Shown one piece after another: positions 51,945-64,000 of a stretch of 64,000 nucleotides of DNA (the stretch's first letter is position 1; each line of letters opens with the position of its first letter). Position numbers and translations under genes: made by a program. The notes under the pieces were generated by a model. It saw nothing but the letters and a program-made list of their open reading frames with translations. It searched no databases and was not told the origin of the DNA. Source of the DNA: Centroscyllium fabricii. Lineage: Eukaryota. The DNA is taken from assembly GCA_051313645.2 (NCBI GenBank), contig JBNRSN020000020.1:52452001-52516000 (forward strand). Direction: 5' to 3'.

Positions 51945-53112
51945 AGCGGTAAGAATGTGGAACGTGCTACCACAATGAGTAGTTGAGGCAAATAGCATCG
52001 AGGCACATAAGGGAAAGCTAGATAAGCACATGTGGGAGAAAGGTATAGAAGGATATCCAGACAGGGTTAAATGAAGTGGGGTGGAAGGAGGCTCGTGTGG
52101 AGCACAAACGGCGGCATAGACAAGTTGGGCCGAATGGCCTGTTTCTGTGCTGTACACTCAATGTTACGCGATGTAGATCCTGTCAAACACCACACTTTTG
52201 CCACCGATGGAATGGGCAGCTCAGTGGCCTCTTCCATATCTCTTTGGCTGTTCCATGATGTTCAGCCATTTTCCACCATTATTCTCTACTGGAACAGCTA
52301 GATTTTCATCCTTCTAAAATTCATATGGGGAAGTGGTTTATTTGCTGGCTCAGACATGTGTAAAATTCATAAATTCAGGTGCATCATGATTGACGGCCAC
52401 TTTTGTGTTGCTGTTTAGGAATTAACACTTTTCATAGTTAGTGATCCACTAAATATTCAAGAAACAAACTTTATGGCAGTTTTTGCAAACTGATTAAGGT
52501 TAGGCCCCTTATTTTTTAGTTTGTGATCTGATATTTGAACTTTGTCATAGTGAATAATTAATCTGTAGAGATCTTTAAAATCATTTCTTTTGTTATTAAT
52601 TTCCAGTAAAAAATAAATCGCAGATTGGTGGATCAGTAAAATACTGATGTCTGTCTGATTATGGCATGCAATGAGACAAATTCTCCCTGAATTTAGTCGA
52701 TTCCAAGATAATGTCACTATCGCAATGCGCATCCTTCTCAAGTACTGGCTTTCCACCCCAATTCTGGAAGGTAGGTAACTTGAGGTACATTTTTATGCAT
52801 TAAAAAGTGTTTGAAGTGTTTGAAAAGGAATTTAACTCTTATCTCATGACTACCATACCTGATCTGTCATGACAAAAGGAGAATGAAAGTTGTATTTAAC
52901 GAGGCATTGTTACAAAGTTCTGATCGCTGGCCATTGAGGCACCTGACTGAAAGACACCACTAATCCACATCCAAGATACTCAGTTAAGCAAAGGAACAGC
53001 ATTCATACAAAAGCAAAATACTGTGGATGCTGGAAATCTGAAATAAAAACAGAAAACGCTAGAAATACTCAGCAGGTCAGGCAGCATCTGTGGCGAGAGA
53101 AACACAATTAAC

Positions 53113-54211
53113 GGGCGCGATCTTGCCAGCCCTGGGGAGGCGGGTATGAAGGTAGGACTGCTGGAAAAATGGCAGAATTTGGGGGCCGGTGCCCAACCCG
53201 CCTCCGTGCCATCTTGCCAGGACCCACACCGGATCCCATCTCCTTGGAGGTGGGAAGGCGATTACAGCCACTTAACAGCCGGTTAAAAGGTAGTTAACAG
53301 ACAGATAAGAGGATTATCCCCATTTCACCCACTAAAGTGCGGGCTTCCCAAATGCTCTAAAACCCGCCAGGGTCATCGAGGCGAGTAGTGGGTCTGCGGG
53401 GGTCGGAGGGATCCAAAAGTGTGCTGTGAAGGTAAGTGATGGGTGTAAGTGTAGAGAGATGAGTATGTGAGTTAAGTGGATGATGCACGATCAATTATAC
53501 TCAAAGACTAGTTGAGGTACAACAAAGGCTTTTATTAGCAGAGAACTGAGCCCAGCTCCTTCCACAGTCGAGTCCTGGAGAAAATGGAGAAGGCCAGCAA
53601 GCAGCTGCCTTTATACTCGTTATGTGAGTGGAGCCAGAGCTGACCGAGTCCTCCGAGGTGGCAAACGGTATTACAAGTAACTATGTACAACATTAACTAA
53701 CATGGTAGTAAACAGGTAACTATATACAACAGTAGACAACACGGTGGTAAACAGTATTGTGGTTTACCACAGTGGTAAGAGTTAGAAAAAGTGAACTTAC
53801 CTTTGTTTCTTCCTGCAGGCTTCAGTCAGTGGGTATGCGGAGATACTCGCACACCTGTGGCAGAGTCTCCAATGCAACAACCATCTAATTTCTGCAAAAG
53901 AAAGAGGTTTGATGAGGTCTTGAATTCAAGAACTCATCAAACTACAGAGAATGTCAGTGTTTGACAGCTTCACAGAGCTGTCAAACGATGACAATTCAGC
54001 TGTTAAAAACTTTTGACAAATGAAACGTCATATGCTGACGTTCTCTGTAACCGGCTGTCCCTCAATTGGCCTGCTAAACCCACTGGGCGGGCTTAACAAG
54101 GTCAATCAAGGGAAAATAGCATGGGTTGGCCACAAATCGATGGAAGCGGGACATCGACCCACCAAGCAGCAGTCACGCCTCCAGCATGCCTCCATTGGCA
54201 AAATCACGCTC
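53113..54211. mobile_element. Harbinger-type MITE containing a solo LTR
   Basis: TIR gggcgcgatcttgcc / ggcaaaatcacgctc; AAC TSD. Confidence 0.65.
53481..53771 (-). mobile_element. Solo LTR
   Basis: TG...CA termini, GTGGA/GTGGT flanks, minus-strand AATAAA and TATAA. Confidence 0.6.
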
Positions 54212-56034
54212 AACACTTCAGGTCGATGACCCTTCGTCAGAACTGGGAGCATTGCGGGAGCAGAGCATTCATAGTTTATAATGGAGATGCAACAAGAAAG
54301 AAGTGAAACTGTACATCAGGATGCACATCCATTAAAAGCTTTAGGGGAAAAAATTCAGTTGGTTTGCACCTCCTGTTAGCGCCTTAAGAGGCCGCGTATG
54401 GGGCACAAAGCAACTAGTGCCCGGGCGAGGCGATATCTGCGCCTCTCGCGAAATTGACTGGAAATTTTGCGGTGGCGCTAAACAATACTGCCCCAATCTC
54501 CTGCGCACAGAGATCTTGACGTCATTCGAACATGCAATGCCATTGTGGCGCCCCAGAATGAAATTGAGTGGCGCCCCCCTCCTTTCCGCCTGGCGCAACC
54601 AACGACAGGTAGACTGGAACCCTTCCCAGTCGCTGTTGGGCTGGGGGTTTGTTATTTAAAAGGGGCCTCTTCCTGGCTTTTTGTGTGGTAGATATTTTTG
54701 CAACTCTCATTCTGAGAGAGGGAGAGATTTTGAGAGAGACAAAGATAGACTTCTGCGTTGAGTCAATGCTGTGTGAAGTAGTTTTGGCTTCTGACCATAA
54801 CTTTGCAGGTACTTTGGTTTTGACCTTCATCACTTTGATTGCCAAGAGACTTGGGGGGCTGCACTAATTGGGGGCATCATCCTGTGCCAGCAGAATCAGA
54901 GGCCACAGTGACGCAGAGAGAGAGTGGCAATCATGGCCAGACGGAGGAAGGCCAACAGGCCTCTGTACAGGAGATATTGCCCTCCCAGGGTATTTCACCC
55001 AACAATTCTCATACATCAATATGTTTGAGGAGCAGTGTTTGCAAAGGCTGCGCTTCAACAAGGAGGTGGTCACTGAGCTCTGCCACATGCTGCAGCCAGA
55101 TCTGCAGTCTCAACTGTCAGTGGCAGTGAAGATAACAGTGGCTCTCAACTTTTATGCCACTGGCTCATTTCAATCAGCTACTGGGGACATCACCAATACC
55201 TCCCAGTTTGCGGTGCATTGCTGCATCCGTCAGGTCACAAATGCCCTATGTAAAGGAGACGAGAGCACATCTCTTTCCCCATGACCCCGGCCAAGCAGCA
55301 TGAACGCGATATGAGCTTTGCGAGGATAGCGGACATCTCAAATGGTGCAGGGCGCCATTGACTGCACACATGTGGCTTTGCGTGCTCCGCATGAGAATGC
55401 CGAGGATTTCCACAACCGAAAGGGGTTCCATTCCTTGAACGTATAGTTGGTCAGTGACCACAGACAGCTGATACTCGCTGTCAATGCCTGCTATCCTGGC
55501 AGCAGCCACGATGCCTTCATCCTGTGCTAGACTGGTGTGGCAGAGTTTTTCCAGGCACTACATCACCCAGGTGGTTGGCTTCTCAGGGACAAGGGATATC
55601 TACTGTGCTCCTGGCTGATGATACCGTTCCGTACACCCAACGCCCCTGCTGAGCTGCGGTACAACGAGAGCCTACAAGCTACCAGAAACATTGTTGAGAA
55701 CACAATCGGCATGCTCAAGCAAGGGATCCGCTGTCTGGACCATTCTGGAGGAGCCCTAGTGTACTTGCCTGGGTGAGTCTCCCACTTCGTTGTTGTGTGC
55801 TGCATGCTGCATAAACTGGCAATCCTCAGGACCCAGCCAATGCCACCAGGCCTTGGAGCACCACCAGAGGAGGAGGAGGAGGAAGAGGAGGATGAGGAAG
55901 AGGAGGAGGATGATCATCAGCAGCACCAAGGCGGGAGGGAGGCCCACAATGTAGAATCTGGAAGTGCCATCCATCAACGGCTGATAGCAAGCCGCTTTGA
56001 GGGACCTGCTGAGGAAATGGTTTCTGCCATTGAG

Positions 56035-56405
56035 AACACAGAAACACACAGAAACACAGAAGATATGAGCAGGAGTAGGCCATTCAGCCCTTCGAGCCTG
56101 CTCTGCCATTTTGATAAGATCATGGCTGATCATCCCCTCTCCCCATATCCCCTGACACCCCCAACTACAAGAACTATATCTCACGCACACATACTCATGG
56201 GCAATTTTTTTTTAGTATCTCCAATTCACCTAACCTGCATGCCTTTGGGTGGTGGGAGGAAACCGGAGTACCCGGAGGAAACCCACCCGAACACGGGGAA
56301 AACATGCAAACTCCATGCAGAGAGGTCCCAGGCCCAGCAGGATTCGAACCCAGGAGCTCCTTGTTGCGAGGCAGCAGTGCTAACCACTGCGCCACTGTGT
56401 CGTCC
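56035..56405 (-). mobile_element. V-SINE
   Basis: Minus-strand A box TGGCGCAGTGG, B box GGTTCGAATCC, V-domain, CR1-like tail. Confidence 0.85.
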
Positions 56406-57984
56406 TGAACAACCTGAATGAAACCATCCCGCAACCCCTAAGCCGGCCAAGGCAGAAATAATTGCAAAGACCAAACATGTACATTTTGAATACAAAATCA
56501 TATTTATTTTACAAACTGTGTGTGTGTCATTTCCTCATGAGAAACTAATAGAAAGAAACACAAAAAAAGTCATGGTCATAATTGATACTCACAACCTGGA
56601 GATAATGTCCAAACCACTAAACAAAAGGCTGACCACGTACCTCGGCGTTTAATAAAAAATGAACAACATTTTGTCACACCTCCTACTTTTTGCTCTTCGA
56701 GGGTGATCTCCTTCTCTTGCGCACTTCCCCCCTTCCCACCCTACTGCTCCTCCGTAATGGGATCCCAGTGGCTGCAGCAAGGCTGCTGGAAGGCTGCTGA
56801 TTGTCAGAACCTGAGACTGCAGATGTCCTTGAAGGATGACTTTGACCAGCTCTGGGCCTGGAAGGCCTGGCTGCAGACTGCATCAACTCTGCATGGGCAG
56901 CAGCAGTCTGTCCCACATGCGGTGGCAAGTGCAGTGGAGAAGTGACAGTGGTGGCAGCAGGAATGCTGTCATCTTGCGAGAGGACAGCAACTCTCTGCTC
57001 AACCAACACACTGGCACACCCAAGGGGCAGCACTTCAGCATCTGGAGCAATCTGCTGGAGCACAGATTTCTGGCCTGCTGCGGCGCGGTGAGAGCCCCGG
57101 GGAAATGTGTCCGAACCAGCGAGGATGGCAGCAGTCAGTTTGCGTGGCCTCAATCTGAGTCTGCATGAGAGCAGTCAGAGATAGGGTCATGGCAGCCAGT
57201 AACTGAATTGCAGCACCATACATTTGTGTGGCATACGCCTGTGCTACAGCGAAGAGCTCCACACTCCTTGCCAGTGATTCAATGCAGTCGGGCACCCTTC
57301 CCACTGCACCCATGAGCTCAGTGTGCATGTCCACCACCTGGGTGTTCATTTCAGTGATCAGCCGCTCCTCCTCTGCGTCCAGTGCAGCAGGACTCACTGG
57401 CACACTCTCCCTCCGGGGAGAAGGCCCCCCGAGCTTCCCTACCCCCATCGCGTTGCTGCAGCCCGCTGGGTCCGGGAACTTCACCCTCATCAGAACTTTC
57501 CCCGCTGCTCCCCTCCCGGGAAGGCGTGTTCCCAGTGTGGGCATGGGCTAACTCGGGAGAGGGTGGCGCTGATGCTACGTCTTCATCTTCCTCGTCGCCT
57601 TCAGCTTCACTCCCACTGGCAGCTTGAGGGCCCGTCTCCTCAGCTGGTGAATCACCATCTGAAAGCAGAGAGGTACAAGAGTGGCTTTAGTGTGAGGACA
57701 GGGTGGCAGTAAGGGAGGAATGAGTACAGCGATTTAGTAAGTTGGATTGAAAGTGTCAAAGGCTGGTATTCTGAGGGACAAGTGGAAAGAGAGAGAAGAA
57801 AAAGCTGATGACCTTGCCATTGCTGTCCAGAACGGGGTCGGTCTCTCCATTGGTGACGGAATGATCACCCGGCTTGCCACGATCCTGTGGATGCGCACCT
57901 CAAGATCGCTGAGGGGTTGCAGCTGAGGCTGCCCTCCACCCGTCCGTTGCTGCTGTCTCCTATTATCAGATAGCTTGGCCTGCA

Positions 57985-58357
57985 AGAAACACAGAAACAC
58001 AGAAGTTAGGAGCAGGCCATTCGGCCCTTCAAGCCTGCTCCGCCATTTTGATGAGATCATGGCTGATCATCCAAACCCAGCACCCCCCTCCTACCCTCTC
58101 CCCATATCCCCTGACACCCCCAACTCTAAGAACTATATCTCACACACATACTCATGGGCAATTTTTAGTATCTCCAATTCACCTAACCTGCATGTCTTTG
58201 GGTGGTGGGAGGAAACCGGAGTACCCGGAGGAAACCCACACGAACACGGGGAGAACATGCAAACTCCATTCAGAGAGGTCCCGGGACAAGCAGGATTCGA
58301 ACCCAGGAGCTCCTTATTGCGAGGCAGCAGTGCTAACCACTACGCCACCATGTCGTC
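57985..58357 (-). mobile_element. V-SINE, same subfamily as 56035-56405
   Basis: Highly similar to 56035-56405. Confidence 0.85.
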
Positions 58358-59764
58358 CTTAAAAGGATGACGTCTGAGTAAATATACAGCTATGGTCTTG
58401 CCTGATATGGCTCTCATAGGCGAATAGCCCTTATTGTATGCAAAGTGTGGAATGTGCATGTATGTTTCATGAGAGGGCCATAGGTCTTGGATGAGTGTTG
58501 GGCATTGGGGTTTTAAGACCCTCTGGCCATAGAGTGAGGTTGGGATGGAGGGATGGAGAGGAGATGGAGAGATGCCCTTGAAGGACGGCCTCGACCAGCT
58601 CTGGGCCTGGAGGGCCCGGCTGCAGACTGCACCAACACTGTATGGGCGGCAGCAGTCTGTGCTACAGGCAGTGGCAAGTGCAGTGAAGAAGTGACAGTGG
58701 AAGCAGCAGGAATGCTGTCATCTTGAGACAGAATAGCAACTCCCGGCTTGACTGACACACTGGCACTCCCAAAGGGCAGCACTTCAGCATTCGGAGCAAT
58801 CTGCTGGAGCACAGATTGCTGGTCTGCTGCAACACGGTGAGAAACCCGGGGAAACGTGTCCGAACCAGCGAGAATAGCAGCAGTCAGTGCTCGTGTGGCC
58901 TCAATCTGAGTCTGCATGAGAACAGTCAGAGATGCGGTCAGAGCAGCCAATGACTAAATTGCAGCACTAAGCATTTGCGTGGCATCCGCCTGTGCTACAG
59001 TGAAGTGCTCCACACACTTTGTCAGTGATTCAATGCATTCGGGTACCCTTCCCACTGCACCCATGAGCTCAGTGTGCATGTCCACCGCCTGGGTGTTTAT
59101 TTCAGCGATGAGCCGCTCCTCCTCTGCGTTCAGTGCAGTAGGACTCGCTGGCATACTCTCCCTCCGGGGCGTAGGCTCCCGAACTTTCCTACGCCCATCG
59201 CATTGCTGCAGCCCGCTGGGTCCTGGAGCTTCACCCTCATCAGACCATTCCCCCCTGCTCCCCTCCAGGGAAGGTGTTGTCCCAGTGTGAGCAAGGGCTT
59301 CCTCAGGAGAGGCTGGTGCTGATGCTCCAGCTTCCTCTTCCTCCGCACCTGCAGCTTCACTTCCACTGGCAGCTTGAGGGCCCGGCTCCTCAGCTGGTGA
59401 ATCTCCATCTGAAAGCAGGGAGTTACAAAAGTGGCTTTAGCATGAGGGCAGGGTGGCAGCAAGGGAGGAATGAGTGCAGCGATTTAGTAAGTTAGATTGA
59501 AAGTGTCAAAGGCTGGTGTTGTGAGGAACAAGTGGAAGGAGACAGGATAAAAAGGTGATGACCTTACCATTGCTGTCCAGAACGGGGTCGGCGTCTCCAG
59601 TGGCGATGGGACCAATCACCCGGCTTGCCACAATCCTGTGGGTGCGCGCCTCAAGATTGCTGAGAGGTTGCAGCTGAGGCCGCCCTCCACCTGTCCATTA
59701 CTGCTGTCTCCTATTATGAGATAGCTTGGCCTGCAAGAAAAAGGACGGCTTCTGAGTAAATTTA

Positions 59765-59918
59765 CAGCCATGGTCTTGCCTGATGTGCCTCCCATAGTTG
59801 AATAGCCCTTACTGTATGCAGCCATGGTCATGCCTATTGTGCTTCCCATAGTTGAATAGCCCTTACTGTATGCAGCCATGGTTTTCCCTGATGTGCACTC
59901 ATAGTTGAATAGCCCTTA
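59765..59918. repeat. Tandem repeat, ~54 bp x ~3
   Basis: cagccatggtc..atagttgaatagcccttactgtatg; third copy is cut after TTA. Confidence 0.85.
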
Positions 59919-60217
59919 TGCCCCGCTTTCACTGGCGCCAGGAATATCCAGAATGGTCGCGATTGCGAAAATTACCCGGTTTCTTGCAGTTCTTAAATGA
60001 ATCTTAGTTGATTCCTAAATATTCGTACATTTCGCGTGAGTTCCTCTAACCTGCAGGAAAGTTTTTGCTTGTCAAAAACTTTCCACCGAAGTTCCAACCT
60101 CGGGAACCATTCCAATCCTTCGTAGCTGCATCGCACTCGCTTCTTCTACATTCGAGCGTTTCCGCGGCAAATTGACCAGGTCAGAGGTCACTGAGGGACG
60201 CATTTCACTTTAGAAAA

Positions 60218-61711
60218 ATGAACAGGAGGAGAGCAGGACAATCTGGCAAGGCCAAGGGACGCGGCAAAGCCACCAAGCTCGCCCCAGAGCTGATTGAGGA
60301 CAGCCCGAGGGAAGCAGCTGTACCTCCACACATCACTCCACCACATGTGGCCGAACCAGATCTCCCCTCGACAGAGGAGGAGCGCCCGCTGGAGTTTGAA
60401 GACCAGCCGGGCGTGGTCGAGAACGAGGCCGACCATGCTGCCGAGGTGGAAGCTCCTCCATCCCCTGTGTCCCTGGGGTCAAAGCCAAAGAAGGCGAGGC
60501 TCCAGTCTAACCTGAGTCCAGAAGAACAGGAGGAGGTAACTGATATATTTATAACTGATAATCCTTTTTTAATAATCACTATCGTCAATTTGATTTTGTT
60601 TACAACTATATTAATTTTATTCTAGGTGGCCCTCTTTCTGGAAGCCCATGACTTCATTTTTAACAAGAGGCGTGAGGACCACTGCTTCGCTGGCCGTAAA
60701 AACAAGGCGTGGGAGGACCTGGCCAACAGGATGGGCAAGCAGGTCAAGGCACTGACCACTTTCTTTGAGAGCATGCGGACGCAGGTGGGGAAGATGAGGA
60801 TTACAAAGAGTGGCCAGGGAACGATGGAGCTGACAGAAAGGCAGGAGTGGATCTGGAAACGCTTCCAGTTCCTGGTACCACACATCAGCAAGGTCATCAG
60901 GCGGAATGTGCAGGGCCTCAAGCCTCCTACCACACAGCCGGCTCGTGGAGATCCAGAGAACAGGGATCATGAGGTGGACCTGCAGGAGGCTAATGTCACC
61001 ACGCCACCGTTCCCCATCACCCCAACCTCCTGCATCACCACCGCCAGCTGCTGCAGCTGCAGAGGAGGAAAGGGGAGAGTGGCAGCAATGGAGGAAGAGG
61101 AGGACATTGCAGGGGATATTCGCAAGTCAAGGGAGAGGCAGATGGAGCTGCTGGATATCCTTAAATCACACCCTCTTCATGCTGTTCCCTTTCCGGAGCG
61201 CCTCAAGTACGCCGAATATATGGGGCATGCCTTTCAGCGATTGTCCACCGCTAGGTACATTGAGGTGAGGGACAAAATTTGGCAGATCATCTCGAGCACA
61301 GATAAGGAGATGGATGAAATGCAGCATTCCCACCAGGCAGCATCGCTAGGAGCACCTGCACCAGAACCAGCTGGCTATCGACAGAGACCATTCAGCTCAT
61401 CCACCCTGCCCATGTATCCTCCTCCTCCTCCTCCTCCTCCTCCATGGAATCAACCCTACCAGCAGCAAGGCCAGTGGCCGTTGCAGCAGTCGCAGTGGCA
61501 GCCAAGGCCTGTGGTTCATTCTGCTTGGCAGCCAGTGGAAACGCCGTGGATGTATCAGCAGCCAGGAACCTCCAGGCACAGTGAAGCCGCCACGGTCAGG
61601 AACGTCAGTCCAGCAGCAGAAAGCCAACAGCCAGACACGGGTGCACTAGTGGAGGATGTAGTTGTCAGCCTCTCTGATTTTAGCAGTGATGTGACCGAGT
61701 TTGAGGTCTGA
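60218..61711 (+). CDS. MADF/Myb-SANT-like DNA-binding protein, 2 exons (60218-60535, 60626-61711), 467 aa
   Basis: GAG|GTAAC donor and TTCTAG|GTG acceptor, 90-bp AT-rich phase-0 intron; joined LSPEEQEEVALFLEAHDFIFNKRREDH..KNKAWEDLANRMG..FESMRTQVGK is MADF-like. Confidence 0.82.
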
Positions 61712-61779
61712 ATTAAAATTTGTTAAATGTTAGTTCCAAAAAGTTTATGTTCTGAGTTTTAAAAATTTGGTGTTTTAAT

Positions 61780-61930
61780 AATAGTTCTTAAAATTTGTTG
61801 TTACATGTGAGTTTTATAAAATTGTTGTTTTAATAATCGTTCTTAAAATTTGTTGTTACATGTGAGTTTTATAAAATTGTTGTTTTAATATTAGTTCCAA
61901 AAATATGTTGTTACATGTGAGTTTTAAATT
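61780..61930. repeat. AT-rich tandem repeat (~55 bp x ~3) in the 3'UTR
   Basis: aaaatttgttgttacatgtgagttttataaaattgttgttttaata repeated. Confidence 0.8.
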
Positions 61931-62306
61931 TTTTTAACAAAAATAATTCTTGTTTGCTGTTTAAATGTTGCTTTATTCCTGGTTTCCTTTTTTTGCTTAA
62001 GACTTCATTTATCGCAATAAACATAACTTTCAAATTAATACTGTCTCAATTTATCAAAAAAGTCACACACCACCAGTTTCAAAGTCCAACGGTTTTATTT
62101 TAAATTACAAGCTTTCGGAGCTTTTGCCCCTTTTAGTCAGGTAACACAGAGAGAACGGCAAAGATCACACATGGGGGAGGGGAGAAATCTGAACTTATAC
62201 ATGTTTGAGAACACTAATGCAAATTAGCATACATATCCATATTTATCCATTTAACCACAATTTAAGCATAATCACAGGCAATGTCCAATCACTGTCATTG
62301 TGTAAT

Positions 62307-63617
62307 TCACACTTGCTTGTTCAGTCCTGCCAACCTCTCCTGCCACGGAACAGATCCTGCAGGACTGTTGAAGTAAGCCGTGAGGTACTCCCTCTGGCTC
62401 TTGGCCACCTGATGGTCTCTGTTGCGTGCATAGGGGTAGGGAACCGCGGGCATCTGCATGCCGTCCCTCCAGGCTCCAGGGATGATGTTGTGGTTGTCAT
62501 CCTCGTGGTCCACCTCAGCGTTTCCAATGGCGGGGAACCTGATCCTCATGAGGTTGTGAAGGAGGACAGCTGTTTCCACCATGGTGCGCACCGTATCTGG
62601 ATGTTGTTCCAGGGTTCCATGGAAACATCTCCATCTGCTGGCCATGATGCCAAAGCCATTCTCCACCACGCGTCTGCCCCTTGAGATTCGGTAGTTGGCC
62701 ACCATCATCTCATCACTGAGACCCCTCCTGGAGTAGGGTTTCATGAGGAAAGTTCTGAGGCCAAAAGCATCGTCTCCCAGGATAAAGTAGGGCGTGTCTC
62801 TGTCATCATTAGGCAGAGGGTCGTCGTCAGGGAAGTGGATGGTGTGGTCATCGATGCATTCCCTCAGTTCTGAGGCCCCAAATATCTGTCCATCAGATTG
62901 ATGACCTTCTCCACCAGTGTCAATCCAGATAAACTTATAATCAGCATCCACCATGGCCAGCAGAACCACGGAGAAGAAGCCCTTGTAATTGTAGTACAGA
63001 CTGCCGGACTTGGGTGGTTTCTTGAGGGCTATGTGTTTGCCATCCAAGGCCCCCAGGGCATGAGGGACATTCCACCGGTCGTGGAACTGCTGGGCAATGG
63101 CTTTCCAGTCCTCCTGGGTCTGGGGCAGTGGCATGACCTCGTCCTTTAGCGTTTGAATGATGGCATGGCATACCTCCTTGACGATCACTCCCACGTTGCT
63201 CCTGCCACATCTGAAGTCGTAGTGGAGGGTCAGGTACCCGTCTCCTGTAGCCAGGTGTCTGAGGGTGAGGGCCAGCTTCAGTCCAGCTTCTAGGGGTGGT
63301 CTCAGGCGGGTGTGCTGCCTCTGGATGACAGGGGTGATCCTTTGGAGGAGCTCATCAAACATCTGGGGTGGCATTCTTACATAGTTGGTGAAGGAGTTCT
63401 CATCCTCCAGCCTCAGCTCCTGCAGCAGTCTGTTGTAGTGCCCATGTTCTAGCCTTCTAGCAGGTGTCATCCATGGTCGAACCCACCAGCGCTTGCATCT
63501 TCTCTGTCTTCCTGTGGGATCCCTTCTTCTGCTGTTCAGAGCTACCAGCAGTTGGTCTAGATGTTGGTACTCTATTTCCATGGCAAGAGCAAGACATCCT
63601 ATCAGTTCAAAATCCAT
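62307..63617 (-). CDS. Intact Harbinger DDE transposase, 436 aa
   Basis: LKLALTLRHLATG, GALDGKH, YNYKGFFSVVLLAMVDADYKF, SDGQIF, LGDDAF, RRVVENGFG, LHN. Confidence 0.93.
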   Translation of the reverse strand: MDFELIGCLALAMEIEYQHLDQLLVALNSRRRDPTGRQRRCKRWWVRPWMTPARRLEHGHYNRLLQELRLEDENSFTNYVRMPPQMFDELLQRITPVIQRQHTRLRPPLEAGLKLALTLRHLATGDGYLTLHYDFRCGRSNVGVIVKEVCHAIIQTLKDEVMPLPQTQEDWKAIAQQFHDRWNVPHALGALDGKHIALKKPPKSGSLYYNYKGFFSVVLLAMVDADYKFIWIDTGGEGHQSDGQIFGASELRECIDDHTIHFPDDDPLPNDDRDTPYFILGDDAFGLRTFLMKPYSRRGLSDEMMVANYRISRGRRVVENGFGIMASRWRCFHGTLEQHPDTVRTMVETAVLLHNLMRIRFPAIGNAEVDHEDDNHNIIPGAWRDGMQMPAVPYPYARNRDHQVAKSQREYLTAYFNSPAGSVPWQERLAGLNKQV

Positions 63618-64000
63618 TGTGCAAATGACCTTCTCAACCTGGGGTCAGGGTTTTTTTATACCTTTCGGCCACCATGAATATGCCCGAATGTCAAGAACGA
63701 TGCCGAATATCGTAAACTATTCGTAGCTAATTCGTAGTAGTCGTAACTTCATCGTCGAGGTCGTAGTGGATTCGAACAATCATTCGGCACATTCGTAAGT
63801 GGGTCACACCTTATTCGTGCACTTCTTACCTGATTCTTTGACTTCGTACTTGTTTCTTAATCCATTCCTGACATTCGGCATATCTTTCAAGCCGAATCTC
63901 CAAGAATCTTTCATTACACCTTCGTACCATCTCCCGAAAAGCCAAGAAATGAACACGAAATTTGACTTTTTTTCCCGAAACGCAAGAAATTTCGATTCGG

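Larger units (their letters stand above)
41820..52160 (+). mobile_element. CR1 3' fragment split into 41820-42155, 43263-43369 and 51945-52160 by a MITE and the LTR element
   Basis: CR1 text runs continuously across the insertions: ..ttctttacctaagAGCG | AGCGgtaagaatgtggaac.. Confidence 0.8.
53005..54246 (-). mobile_element. Short Penelope-type repeat with degenerate hammerhead, split by a MITE
   Basis: 53005-53112 continues at 54212-54246; minus strand CTGACGAA GGGTC atc GACCT GAAG. Confidence 0.55.
54343..59918. mobile_element. Decayed Harbinger: transposase (+, ~54820-56000) and duplicated Myb-gene segments (-)
   Basis: LSVAVKITVALNFYATGSFQ, AIDCTHV, DKGY, TRNIVENTIGMLKQ; 56690-57985 and 58560-59735 are diverged direct copies. 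Confidence 0.78.
59919..64000. mobile_element. Apparently intact autonomous PIF/Harbinger transposon (right end outside window)
   Basis: Starts TGCCCCGCTTTCACTGG after TTA; two intact convergent genes; CpG-rich subterminal regions. Confidence 0.85.

Noticed and set aside
52600-52775. Possible plus-strand exon ending AAG|GTAGGT
   Set aside because: Stops in most frames and the peptide is not recognised.
59765-59918. Regular repeats resembling an array
   Set aside because: Contiguous tandem units without unique spacers in eukaryotic DNA; not CRISPR.

Overview
Repeat-saturated vertebrate genomic DNA, most likely from a cartilaginous fish (inferred from HE1/V-SINE-like SINEs, CR1 LINEs, Rex1, and many PIF/Harbinger elements and MITEs). 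No host gene is confidently recognised. The standout is a young 8.6-kb LTR element on the minus strand (43370-51944). It has near-identical 1418-bp LTRs, an AGCG target duplication, a tRNA-Arg PBS and a PPT. It encodes Gag (PPSY late motif, CCHC knuckle), then an in-frame non-Pol ORF behind a single UGA-C stop, then an Env made of an Ig V-like domain joined to a paramyxovirus/errantivirus F-type fusion protein. It has no protease, RT or integrase. Also present: a related solo LTR sharing a U5 motif that matches the tRNA T-arm, an apparently intact two-gene Harbinger (spliced MADF gene plus DDE transposase) running off the right edge, two decayed Gypsy elements, several solo LTRs with TSDs, and minimal hammerhead-ribozyme motifs of Penelope type. 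All calls are by eye from the sequence and ORF track; no database searches were run.
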